61,355 nt of DNA, from IMG/VR virus record IMGVR_UViG_3300037180_000072, positions 1 to 61,355 of that record; one strand, given 5' to 3'. Source of the DNA: a virus (Duplodnaviria > Caudoviricetes). The translations under genes were made by a program, and so were the position numbers. Below the pieces are notes generated by a model. That model saw only the letters and a program-made list of their open reading frames with translations. It was not told the origin of the DNA and ran no database searches. Shown here one piece after another: positions 20,203 through 28,854 of this stretch; within the stretch, counting starts at the first letter, position 1; each line of letters starts with the position of its first letter.

Positions 20203-20523
20203 TTACTTCGTTTCGATCTCGGTCTTAATCGCCTGGCCCACAGCTTGCTCAACCTGCTCTTCGAGCGTCTGTACCGCCGGGCTCTCTTGGGCCTTTGCGG
20301 CCTCGCGCTTCAGCACTCCAATAATGTGCTGGGCGTATTGCAAAGCGCCTTCGATTGAGTGGAGCGTTCCAATCGCCTGTTCGCGCTGCTTGATCAGACT
20401 GACAAGTTGCTCTTCGTGAATCTGAATTGCGCTTTTTGGCGCCGTTGGTGCGGGCAAGGGTGATGCCGATTGCGACAGAACCGGCGGGGTGGCCGGGCCT
20501 GGAAATTCCTTTACTTCGCTCAT
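20203..20523 (-). CDS. hypothetical coiled-coil protein
   Basis: 106 aa with GGAGG RBS. Confidence 0.6.
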   Translation of the reverse strand: MSEVKEFPGPATPPVLSQSASPLPAPTAPKSAIQIHEEQLVSLIKQREQAIGTLHSIEGALQYAQHIIGVLKREAAKAQESPAVQTLEEQVEQAVGQAIKTEIETK

Positions 20524-20578
20524 GGTGTTGCCTCCGATTGAATTTTACTTCTGCTGCCGTTTGCTACCGCTTGCTACT

Positions 20579-20797
20579 TCAATTCTGCCAGTAACCGTGG
20601 CTGTGGCCGACGTGAGTTCCGAACAAAGCCCCCAACGGGAAGAAAATGTTCAGAAGCCACAACACCACTGCCACGACGGCGATGACATCGATGATCTTGA
20701 CAAACGGAGCCCAGATGTAGGGCGCCAGGTAAGTGTTCACAAGCCACAACAGAACTCCGACCACAATCAGGATCAGAAGTACTTGGATGATTGGCAC
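20579..20797 (-). CDS. small two-TM membrane protein (Thivi_2564-like; holin candidate)
   Basis: GTG start; IIQVLLILIVVGVLLWLVNTY..IAVVAVVLWLL. Confidence 0.55.
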   Translation of the reverse strand: MPIIQVLLILIVVGVLLWLVNTYLAPYIWAPFVKIIDVIAVVAVVLWLLNIFFPLGALFGTHVGHSHGYWQN

Positions 20798-20861
20798 TTT
20801 GTGTTTTACTTCTTTCTTTAATGCACCTGCTTTTCTGTTTCGGGTAAAAATTTGTCGAGAG

Positions 20862-21833
20862 TTATAGCTGGAACAGCGCAATATTTTGCTGTTCCGGCAC
20901 AGCCGCAGTCGCGGTCAAGTTTTCAAAGTGCGCGCGGACAAGAACGGCGCGACCTCGGCTGGTCCAAGTAACCGATCCGTCAGTGACGGTTGATCCCTTG
21001 GCGATGTTCTGGAACGCGGCGGAGCCGATGAAAGTCGCGGCAGTGTTCTGCGTCCCGGCCTGCGTGGCCTGGAACAGAATTCCGTTCAGGACCATGTAGG
21101 TTCCGTTGGCAACCGCAGCTTGGGTGTACGTGGTCGTACCCGGCGTTGCGCCAGGATATACCGGCGAGAGACAGTCGAAGCCGTAGCCGATGGAAACTCC
21201 CGTGGTCTGAGTTCCTCCATCAGGCTGAATGTAATGGACCGGCTTGTAAACTTTCCACTGCGAGCCGGAGTTGGGAACCACGAAGTAATAATCCAGCGTG
21301 GTGTTCGCGGGCACGGAAGGATACGCGGCCTGAATTCCCGAACCATCGAGGGTCGGAACCGCAGCGCCGGTGCCGTAAACTTCAAGCAGCACGGAGGTCG
21401 TCGCGACCGGATAACCAGTGACGGTGCCGCCGTTGACTGCAAGTGCGCTCGGGGACGGGCTCGAAGACGTAGCCGCAGTGTTCAAGGCTTCGCCAGTGGA
21501 CGAGGCTTCGGAGTAAATCTGCCAGCCAATGATCGTCGCGCCAACCGTGGGAACCGTGGGCTGGGCAACCGTAACCGCGCCGGTGGACGCCGAAACAGAG
21601 ACTCCAACTTCCGCCGAAGGCAGAGACACGCCTTCCGCAGTAACCCAAGTCACCTTGACGTAGGCGGTGCTGGACGCAAGCGAACCAGAGCCAGAGTGAT
21701 AGGTCAACGAGGGAGTCGCCGGGGCGGGCTCGCCGAACGTGCTCAGCGTAATGTCGTAAAATGCGCTGGGCGCGTTTGCGCCGCGATAGGATGTGATGTA
21801 CCCGCGAGACTGCGAAGTGTTCGTGAAAGCCAT
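20862..21833 (-). CDS. virion structural protein (Ig-like / carbohydrate-binding)
   Basis: Thr/Ser/Gly-rich beta protein; TAYVKVTWVTAEGVSLPSAE and VTDGSVTWT motifs; preceded by a late motif. Confidence 0.55.
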   Translation of the reverse strand: MAFTNTSQSRGYITSYRGANAPSAFYDITLSTFGEPAPATPSLTYHSGSGSLASSTAYVKVTWVTAEGVSLPSAEVGVSVSASTGAVTVAQPTVPTVGATIIGWQIYSEASSTGEALNTAATSSSPSPSALAVNGGTVTGYPVATTSVLLEVYGTGAAVPTLDGSGIQAAYPSVPANTTLDYYFVVPNSGSQWKVYKPVHYIQPDGGTQTTGVSIGYGFDCLSPVYPGATPGTTTYTQAAVANGTYMVLNGILFQATQAGTQNTAATFIGSAAFQNIAKGSTVTDGSVTWTSRGRAVLVRAHFENLTATAAVPEQQNIALFQL

Positions 21834-21888
21834 GTGTGTTTTCCTTAATCGCCGGTGAAACCAGCGGAGGTCTGAGTGACCCTCTAAC

Positions 21889-21906
21889 TATGGTCGGATA
21901 AGTCTT
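21889..21906 (-). promoter_or_regulatory. phage late-promoter motif copy 5 (AAGACTTATCCGACCATA)
   Basis: Consensus match upstream of ORF 21833. Confidence 0.75.
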
Positions 21907-22828
21907 AAAATGTGGAGACTTCGAAGCGCAGCGGGGGATGATTCAGATTCGCGAGACAATATTCGTTTCGCAAAACTTCAGCGAATGGCCTAATTCTATC
22001 GTATTGGTGCAGAATTGTGAAACGACTCAAATCAGGAATTCCTGAGTTCCAAAGGATCGACAAATTCTCAACCCATCCTTGGCCGTGAGTGTCAAACGGA
22101 GCCACCTCGGGCCAATCCAACATTTTCTCGCGATCATCCGAGTTGGACAAGGCAACCAGATTCACGCACCAATGGTCGCTCATTTTCGGGACCAAGGTAA
22201 TGTCCTGATAAGCTTTCTGGTGCATCAAAGTGTTGTACACTGGCTGGTCGGCGCCCCAGAGTCGATCACTCAAATCTCGGCCAAGAAGATAAATGCCCAT
22301 GGACACGTCTGAAATATATTGCGCCCGGCCAGCGATCACGCCGGAACAGTAAATCATCTTCGGCAGCATCCACGAAGAAATTTCCTTGAATCCTTTGTTG
22401 ACCCAATCCACATTGCCGGATTGATCCCGGTGCAGCAAATATTCCGGCGCCGCGACAAGTCCCGCGTCTCCAATATTCTTCTCCAGCCACTTCGATGGAT
22501 TACCTTGAAAAATTACGTCCCGCGTATCACAGCAAATTACGAAGCGATAGCCAAAGTGAGATTCCAGATATTTGTGGATCAGCAGGAAGCGGCCAACGTA
22601 AGGGAAGTATCTGCCGAGGGGCTGGCTAGGATTGGAGAACTCGATTACCGGAATTTCGACGAGATCGAAGCCAAGCGCGGCGAGATTCTGGCGAGCAAGT
22701 GGCGAGATATCTTTGACGAACAAAACTTTTTTGCCTGCGTAGCCGGAGCGGACAAGAGAGGTGGCAAAGGGCTCGATTGCTGGCCAATCGTAATTGGCGG
22801 CGAGGCCGAGGACAAGATCAGTCACCAC
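21905..22828 (-). CDS. glycosyltransferase-like protein (GT-A fold)
   Basis: CCDTRDVIFQGNP DxD-type motif, CSGVIAG, DQPVYN, HQYDR. Confidence 0.65.
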   Translation of the reverse strand: MVTDLVLGLAANYDWPAIEPFATSLVRSGYAGKKVLFVKDISPLARQNLAALGFDLVEIPVIEFSNPSQPLGRYFPYVGRFLLIHKYLESHFGYRFVICCDTRDVIFQGNPSKWLEKNIGDAGLVAAPEYLLHRDQSGNVDWVNKGFKEISSWMLPKMIYCSGVIAGRAQYISDVSMGIYLLGRDLSDRLWGADQPVYNTLMHQKAYQDITLVPKMSDHWCVNLVALSNSDDREKMLDWPEVAPFDTHGQGWVENLSILWNSGIPDLSRFTILHQYDRIRPFAEVLRNEYCLANLNHPPLRFEVSTF

Positions 22829-23605
22829 CTAAAGTAAAATCTTCTTCTGCCCTTCCGGCAAATTCGCGTTCACTTCATCCAATTTCTCTTGGTACGTTAC
22901 CACGGGATAGCTGTTCTTGGGAAGTTTATATGTGTTCCCAGTGGCGTAATCGACATGCACGGGAAGCACGCCACCGTGAGCCCAGATTTCGTAGCCAGCA
23001 TCTGAAACTTTTTTGGCAAAGAATACGTCGTCCGTCCCGCTGCGCCCAACAATCTTAACTTCTATACCATTACGCATTTCCGTGTCACCAAGTTTTGCTT
23101 CCGAGGTATCCTTGAACCAAGGTTTCGGAATATCTTTCATCACGCTTGTGCGGACCATCATGCATCCTGTGCCCAGCCCCTTGCACTTGAATACGTCTCC
23201 GATAGTCCATTCCCAGTATGGCCCGGCGCCCAGTTCCATAAATACAATTGGCATTGGCGGAACATCCTTAGTGCAGTAGATTCCACCGCAGATAGCGGCT
23301 TTGGGGTGCTGTGCCAAAACATAGTAGAGTTCCTGAACAGCGCTGGCAGGAGGAACGGTATCGTCGTCGATCCACATCATAAACTCAGCGTTCACTTTGA
23401 TCGCAACTTCAGCCAGTTCTTCGCGCTGTTTATCTCGCGTATGCCCTGAACCAGGCGCGGCCTTGCTGATGTACCAAAAATGATTCATGCCCACAGGGAA
23501 ACTTAAAGACGCAAGGGCCATGGCCCATTCGATACAAACATTGCGGCCAGAGGAAGGGACAAGGATTGCGATGCCGTTGGGTGGCGTGGGTTTGGTGTCA
23601 GACAT
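22829..23605 (-). CDS. glycosyltransferase family 2-like protein
   Basis: MWIDDD, GTGCMMVRTSV..PKPWF, TDDVFF..GYEIW motifs. Confidence 0.65.
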   Translation of the reverse strand: MSDTKPTPPNGIAILVPSSGRNVCIEWAMALASLSFPVGMNHFWYISKAAPGSGHTRDKQREELAEVAIKVNAEFMMWIDDDTVPPASAVQELYYVLAQHPKAAICGGIYCTKDVPPMPIVFMELGAGPYWEWTIGDVFKCKGLGTGCMMVRTSVMKDIPKPWFKDTSEAKLGDTEMRNGIEVKIVGRSGTDDVFFAKKVSDAGYEIWAHGGVLPVHVDYATGNTYKLPKNSYPVVTYQEKLDEVNANLPEGQKKILL

Positions 23606-23939
23606 GATCGGCGCTCTTCGGCGGCGCGGGTTCGGGAGATACGGGAGACGCAGGCAAAGTAATAACCTTCGGCAGCCTGTACGGGGCCACGAAATCTTTC
23701 CAGATCAAATTCAGTCTCGCGTGGCGTGCGCGCGGAGCAAGTTCGCCCACACCGTCGAGGGAGTGCATAATCAAGTCCTCGATGGCGCTGCAAAGTTCGT
23801 GGTTGAACTCAGGCTCGAACGCGGCGTCGCCGCCAACTGCGAACATCAGTTGGCCTTCGAGATCAAGTAAATGTTCCCAGACTTGGACGGCGTGCTTAAA
23901 AGTGTCGCCGGAATCGTCGCGAGATTTGGAACGGGGCAC
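23598..23939 (-). CDS. hypothetical protein
   Basis: 113 aa, GGAGG RBS, coupled to the next gene. Confidence 0.55.
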   Translation of the reverse strand: MPRSKSRDDSGDTFKHAVQVWEHLLDLEGQLMFAVGGDAAFEPEFNHELCSAIEDLIMHSLDGVGELAPRARHARLNLIWKDFVAPYRLPKVITLPASPVSPEPAPPKSADHV

Positions 23940-24138
23940 CGAGCCTCCTATTTGCGTTCACGCAAGACTATACCAGCGGAGGTGATCAGAAGCAACCATT
24001 TATTTTTGGTGGTTTCGTGGAAATGGGACTCACAAACGAAAAAATCGGATAGGGCCGGAGAGGTGCAGGTGGGTTTGCAGCAATGGGACATTAGATCGGG
24101 CGCTCCCCGTCCGGCACTTGAAGAAAAATTTCCGTTAT

Positions 24139-24645
24139 TTACGAACCTTCGTACGCGATGATCTGTTGCACGATGGCGTAATCTTTATGCGGACCCATGA
24201 GTACGGGCTTGCCTCGCGGATGCTCTGCGTCGGGCGCGAGCACAAACCAGGACTTGGGATAAATGAGCGCCTGGCACAGGACGCATATGCCTCGCGCCTG
24301 CCTGTCGGGGTAGTTCCGTATTAACCGGACAGAAGTCTGCCCGCGCTTATCCAAATGCGTGCAACGATTCTGCCTCTCCTGATCTTGCTTCAACCTTTCA
24401 TCTTCGTCCTGCTTCCACTGAGCGCGCTCGCGTTTTTCTCGCGCAACTTTAGCCTCATCCACATGCGGGGCAGTGATCGCTCGAATTTTCTCCGGCGTCA
24501 AAGCCATCCCTTCCAGCGTCGGCGTCAATCCAGCGAACACTGCGGCCACAGCCTCTTTCACGGCAGCAGACACCATTGCGTTCATACCGGCCATCTGCTC
24601 GGGATTGGGTGCCGAACTCCGATTTCCTTCTTGTGCGTTTGCCAT
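24139..24645 (-). CDS. hypothetical protein with C-terminal Cys/His (Zn-binding-like) motif
   Basis: CTH...CVLC; AAGGAG RBS. Confidence 0.6.
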   Translation of the reverse strand: MANAQEGNRSSAPNPEQMAGMNAMVSAAVKEAVAAVFAGLTPTLEGMALTPEKIRAITAPHVDEAKVAREKRERAQWKQDEDERLKQDQERQNRCTHLDKRGQTSVRLIRNYPDRQARGICVLCQALIYPKSWFVLAPDAEHPRGKPVLMGPHKDYAIVQQIIAYEGS

Positions 24646-24724
24646 TTCAGTCTCCTTGTTTCCGGGCTCAATTGTTCGAGTGCTCGATTACGGGATGCTC
24701 CAAAGCGGCAGAGTGCCCTATATC

Positions 24725-24742
24725 TATGGTTGAATAAGTCTT
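24725..24742 (-). promoter_or_regulatory. phage late-promoter motif copy 6 (AAGACTTATTCAACCATA)
   Basis: Consensus match; flank nearly identical to the copy at 53049. Confidence 0.75.
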
Positions 24743-24785
24743 AAAGTTTCTGAAATCTTATTACAAGTATCGCGGGCAGGAGAAG

Positions 24786-25376
24786 CTATTCGAGGACGTT
24801 GCCAATATTTCTCTGAATCATTTGCTCGCCGCCGTGGCGAAAATCTGCAAGCGTTTCTTGCCATCTTTGATCGTTCCATGCATCATTGGGCTCGCCGAAC
24901 TCCTCAAGCACCTGCTCCCATGTGATCGCGCCCTTCAGTAAGCAATAAACGATTACGGTGCGCCAGCCTCTTCGCTCTTCTGTCGGCAGATCGCGGTCGT
25001 CCACAATTGCGTACGAAAACTCCGTGAGCCACCCCTTCGGGAATCCAGTCAGAAATTGAATTCGCCCGTACTCCGAGGAGTACAGTCCCCAGTCATCGGG
25101 AAAATTTATCTGAGATTGTATGATCAGATGGGGATTGAGTTTTTGCAGCCGATAAATCAAATCGCTGGAGTGCATGCATTCGCCCTTGCGTCGGCTCCAG
25201 TCTGAAAACCAATCATGGTCGCCTTCGCGGTATCTCTGAAGTAAGGGCTCGATTTTCTGATCGATGTACCGGGCCTTGGCTTCGTCCCAAACTTCGAAGT
25301 CGGCAGGCTTCGCGTTCTTTACGCGTTCCCATGATTTGCGCTCGAAATGTTCTGCGGAAAATAAATCAAGAGCCAT
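24786..25376 (-). CDS. hypothetical protein
   Basis: Likely start MALDLF at 25376 (TAATG overlap with the lysin gene). Confidence 0.6.
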   Translation of the reverse strand: MALDLFSAEHFERKSWERVKNAKPADFEVWDEAKARYIDQKIEPLLQRYREGDHDWFSDWSRRKGECMHSSDLIYRLQKLNPHLIIQSQINFPDDWGLYSSEYGRIQFLTGFPKGWLTEFSYAIVDDRDLPTEERRGWRTVIVYCLLKGAITWEQVLEEFGEPNDAWNDQRWQETLADFRHGGEQMIQRNIGNVLE

Positions 25377-25810
25377 TATGCGTAAAATTTCTGCGAGCCA
25401 ATGGACGCGGTCAGCGCGTGGCCTTCCGTCCCCAGTCCATCCGGGCCCGCGATCACTCGCGTAAACCATGGGCTGTTCGCGGTCTTGGGATTTTCGTAGT
25501 AATGGGCGCCATCTGTTGGATCAGGATCGTCGCCATTCAATACTTGCGGGCAAAGTGAAACGCAGTATGCAAATTGCACGTCGCCGGGCGGAGGAATCAA
25601 GTTGAATTCGGCATCGGAGGTCACGCTCATACTGGTGAATTGGTTTTTCATGTAAATAGCGCCGTGAAGTGTTTTAGCAAAGCCGGGCGCGCCAACTCGA
25701 TTCTTGATGACGTGCGCCACCGCACGCATTCCGATCTGCCCTTGGCCGCGAGCCTCTTTCCAAACACACAGTTCCATGGATTGAAGATCGTTTGCGTCGT
25801 ACTCCAGCAT
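25376..25810 (-). CDS. cell wall hydrolase, SleB/Hydrolase_2 family (endolysin candidate)
   Basis: EARGQ...AVAHVIKNRV...NQFTS...DPTDGAHYY. Confidence 0.85.
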   Translation of the reverse strand: MLEYDANDLQSMELCVWKEARGQGQIGMRAVAHVIKNRVGAPGFAKTLHGAIYMKNQFTSMSVTSDAEFNLIPPPGDVQFAYCVSLCPQVLNGDDPDPTDGAHYYENPKTANSPWFTRVIAGPDGLGTEGHALTASIGSQKFYA

Positions 25811-25875
25811 TGTTGCCCCCTTCGTAACACGGCCATGTTAATTACCCCGGCCATGGTAAATATCTCAAATTTCTC

Positions 25876-25903
25876 TTGACAAGTCAACCCAGTTTGATAC
25901 CAT
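25876..25903 (+). promoter_or_regulatory. sigma70-type promoter for the plus-strand ncRNA locus
   Basis: TTGACA-16-TACCAT with a TGn extended -10. Confidence 0.55.
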
Positions 25904-25907
25904 GTGT

Positions 25908-26018
25908 TCGAGGCTGACACCTTAGTCCGGGTTGGATAGTGGTCCCGGAGTGAGCGCTAAATGGACCCGAGGCGGGCGCGCTCCATGGATGTGGGATCGT
26001 CACCCACCGGCCTCGACC
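25908..26018 (+). ncRNA. tRNA-like RNA domain
   Basis: TCGAGGCTG pairs with CGGCCTCGA; T-arm-like GTGGG-ATCGTCA-CCCAC stacked directly on it; TCCGGG/CCCGGA hairpin; no canonical anticodon arm. Confidence 0.5.
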
Positions 26019-26021
26019 TTT

Positions 26022-26258
26022 TGAGTTAGGGTTGGCGACTGATAATCGCCAAGGGGGCTAACAAGCTCTCTGCGGGTCTCGAAAAGATGCACTTGACTGT
26101 GCTAACCGCACCCTGAATTAGTCGCATCTGCGTAAACTGGTCTCATGGATCGAGGGCGCAGAATAAAGTCGGGCGACAAGCGCCAGTGGCTTCGTAATGG
26201 ACGACCGGGTAACGCCGCCTATCCTACGAAGACTAATCACTGAGAAGCAGCCCGCAAA
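26022..26258 (+). ncRNA. putative structured ncRNA
   Basis: Nested helices TTGGCGA/TCGCCAA, TGCGGG/CCCGCA, AGATGC/GCATCT, CAGTG/CACTG, CTTCGTA/TACGAAG in an interval with no convincing ORF. Confidence 0.45.
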
Positions 26259-26447
26259 CCTTCGAAATGCCCAAGAAACCAAATCTCCCGCAGCCAGAAG
26301 AAAAACTTTGGTCCCAGCCCCACGTCTGTCGAATTTGCGGCGCAACCTGGGACTGCCACTACTCGCTCTGCTGGCTCCCTTACGAAACGACTTGCGTCGC
26401 GTGCCCCTGTGGCCCACTTGTCTGCGGGTACATAGAGCCTTTCGCGC

Positions 26448-26762
26448 TCACTTGATCTCAGTCACGCTCGAATGCGCTGCCGGGTCCACACCTTGCTGCG
26501 GCCTGTATCCCGCAAATGTAAACGCATACCTTGCCGTCCGGCCTTCGGGCTTTAGCTCGGACAGTTTGAAATCCCAGAACGGATAAAGTGAATCCAGCTT
26601 GTCCGTAGTGTCCATCAGAATTTTGTCCACATTTTCCGGCCCATATCCTTGGCGCGGTCCAGCGCGGTAGACATGATTTGCTGGCGGGTAAACGTGCTCG
26701 GGGAAAACAATTCGCACCTCGACGCGCCGGAATAGTTTGTTGCCTGTTTTATCGCGGAGCAC
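26448..26762 (-). CDS. hypothetical protein
   Basis: 104 aa, coupled to the upstream ORF. Confidence 0.55.
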   Translation of the reverse strand: MLRDKTGNKLFRRVEVRIVFPEHVYPPANHVYRAGPRQGYGPENVDKILMDTTDKLDSLYPFWDFKLSELKPEGRTARYAFTFAGYRPQQGVDPAAHSSVTEIK

Positions 26763-27109
26763 TACCCTTCCCCACCCAAATCCGCCGGATGGGACTCATC
26801 CGCTTTTGACCCGACGACGGCCAGAGCCGCGCCCATCAGAAGAACTTCGGCGGCGCCCGGCTGAACTTCCGCAGACTCTGCGGCCAATTGCCGAACTCGG
26901 GCATCCGCATCGTTTCGATCTGAAATTTCAGCGATGGCGGCGTCGTACTGCGCCAGCAAAAACCGAATGTCGTCCGAAGTCACCGCCAGCCGCGAATTCA
27001 GACTGTTGCGGATGTCTTTGAGAATTTGTTCAGGGCCGCGTTCTAGCGCAGCACCCTTGGCACTGTTCTTGACCGCTCGCGCGGCGGCTTCTGCAACGGA
27101 ATGGCTCAT
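26762..27109 (-). CDS. hypothetical protein
   Basis: 115 aa, AAGGAG RBS, ATGA overlap. Confidence 0.55.
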   Translation of the reverse strand: MSHSVAEAAARAVKNSAKGAALERGPEQILKDIRNSLNSRLAVTSDDIRFLLAQYDAAIAEISDRNDADARVRQLAAESAEVQPGAAEVLLMGAALAVVGSKADESHPADLGGEG

Positions 27110-27507
27110 TTTTTCTCCTTCTCAAAAAACAACGTGGGATTGGTATCGCCGCTTTTGATATTCACCAGACTAAGAATTTCCCGTTTGCGATCTGAGCCCA
27201 AACACGCTTGAAGCGCGATGCGGGCTATTGGGTCAACATCGCAACCCAGCGTCACCACGATGTGTTTGCGGTTTGGGTTTCCGCTCTTGGACTGGGTGTC
27301 CCGAACTCCAACCACTCCCCAGTTCTGGCCCAAGATTTCCTGAAACTCCATGAAGCGCTCGAACCCGGCCTCGTCGTCAATATCGACAAACAACTCATTA
27401 GGCTGGGGAAGAACAACCGTCCATCCCTTTTCCTTAGCTCTCGCAAAAGCCACCACACTGCCGCCGACGAAATCACTCTCTTTCGTTTTCTTGACTTCTT
27501 CCGGCAT
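27106..27507 (-). CDS. hypothetical protein, archaeo-eukaryotic-primase-like motifs
   Basis: LFVDID and SKSG..RKHIVV resemble AEP motifs I/II; GAGGAG RBS. Confidence 0.45.
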   Translation of the reverse strand: MPEEVKKTKESDFVGGSVVAFARAKEKGWTVVLPQPNELFVDIDDEAGFERFMEFQEILGQNWGVVGVRDTQSKSGNPNRKHIVVTLGCDVDPIARIALQACLGSDRKREILSLVNIKSGDTNPTLFFEKEKK

Positions 27508-27584
27508 ATCCGTCTCCTCAAAAGTTGGGCGGCGCGCCAGTCTGCTCACCAAGCACGCCACCCATCGGGGGATCGAGTACGAAT

Positions 27585-27613
27585 AGTTTAGGATGTTTGC
27601 TTTGGAGTGTCAA
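27585..27613 (-). promoter_or_regulatory. sigma70-type (early) promoter
   Basis: TTGACA-17-TAAACT in an intergenic gap. Confidence 0.65.
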
Positions 27614-27629
27614 GTGTTTTTGTCGGGAA

Positions 27630-28430
27630 TTATCCCTTTGACTCCCTTGCTGCTGCGGCTACTGACTGTGGATTCTTGCAATCTGAATGGTGAACGTCTT
27701 CCTCGCTTCGGAACCAGAGCGGTCCGGTGCCGTTCCATGAGTTCGTCCATGGACTATATCCCCATGTGAAACGTCCACCGCAGTCAGCACACCGCGAGAA
27801 CGCCCACCGTTTGAAGTCCCCTAGCGGGTGAACCCGTATTTGCCAGTGCCAAACGTGCCAGCGCGGATGCCTGTACCACGGCCGTCGCTCCCTGGCGATG
27901 TAGCGCGCGATTGCCCAAAAGAATCTCTCGGCACAGTATTCGCGGCCATGCTTGGTATCCTCGCCGCTGCTGTTGTGCCAACTAGGAAGAAACGCTAGAC
28001 TGCTCCTGAAATTGTCCACCGAGTTTCCCATCATCTCGCACGCCCACCTGGACGCCTCGGCAAACGTCACAGGGCGCAACGGAGGCTTGCAAAGATGCTG
28101 CTTTGAGAGCACCCTACCCATCAGAAGAAACGCCTGTCGCAGAAGTGTCTCGCCTTCGGTCGGGCTGTCTATCTCCTTACCTCTGAATCTCTGGAAATAT
28201 GGCGTCCTAGCTTCGTCGCCAGCAATGGTCTTAACCCTGTTCTGCTGGTCTTTTGAAAGTGGTGGGCTGAACCATCCGCAAGAATCGTCACTCCCGCCCA
28301 CCTCTGGGTCAACGTGCCATACCGTGATGAAGGTTCGACGGTAGCCGTTTGGCCATATTTTTTCGTTCCCTGGGCGTCGTTCTTTCCACGGGTACTTGAT
28401 GTCAAATGCCACTGTCATTGGATCGTGCAT
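27630..28430 (-). CDS. hypothetical phage protein (Trp-rich, Zn-finger-like C-terminus)
   Basis: 266 aa; GGAGG RBS; RCADCG. Confidence 0.6.
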   Translation of the reverse strand: MHDPMTVAFDIKYPWKERRPGNEKIWPNGYRRTFITVWHVDPEVGGSDDSCGWFSPPLSKDQQNRVKTIAGDEARTPYFQRFRGKEIDSPTEGETLLRQAFLLMGRVLSKQHLCKPPLRPVTFAEASRWACEMMGNSVDNFRSSLAFLPSWHNSSGEDTKHGREYCAERFFWAIARYIARERRPWYRHPRWHVWHWQIRVHPLGDFKRWAFSRCADCGGRFTWGYSPWTNSWNGTGPLWFRSEEDVHHSDCKNPQSVAAAARESKG

Positions 28431-28449
28431 TAGTCACCCTCCAAGGTAG

Positions 28450-28854
28450 TCATCTATATAATTCCCTTTTTGTCCATTGGGGGTTACGTTTGCGATGCGC
28501 GTGTTTGTGGCAAGCTGCGCAGACAAAGACGGAATTTTCGAGTGATATTTCGCCGCCTTTGCCGCGCGGAATTTGTTCATGCATGTGGCCCGTATCCCAA
28601 GTGACCGGAGCCGAGCAAAGTTCGCACTCACCTTTGGAGCGCTCGAAAATTTGGCTGCGAATCGAATGCACCGCGAAACTACGAGTGATTTGAACGGACT
28701 TCGATCCAGGGAAAATAGATGCACTCAAACTCCTAAAAATACGCGATACTTTCAACCTGTCGCTTTTTTCGACAAGCTCCACCCAAACCTCCTTAATCAC
28801 TGTCCGTCTCCCAAGTAATTCACAGAGTACGTGCCCCAATATTCCATAGCCCAC
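28450..28854 (-). CDS. HNH endonuclease (true start probably the GTG near 28800)
   Basis: CELC..HMHE..RGKGG..ENSVFVCAACH. Confidence 0.65.
   Translation of the reverse strand: MGYGILGHVLCELLGRRTVIKEVWVELVEKSDRLKVSRIFRSLSASIFPGSKSVQITRSFAVHSIRSQIFERSKGECELCSAPVTWDTGHMHEQIPRGKGGEISLENSVFVCAACHKHAHRKRNPQWTKRELYR

Noticed and set aside
25908-26258. tmRNA or tRNA-Sec interpretation of the ncRNA locus
   Set aside because: No G3-U70 alanine determinant or tag ORF, and no UCA anticodon loop; kept only as tRNA-like
26267-26455. 62-aa Cys-rich plus-strand ORF after the ncRNA locus
   Set aside because: No clear RBS; it could be real but cannot be supported from sequence alone
28455-28466. 12-bp match (TATATAATTCCC) to the cassette TIR
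   Set aside because: Lies in the 3' end of an HNH ORF; no partner repeat or target duplication was found
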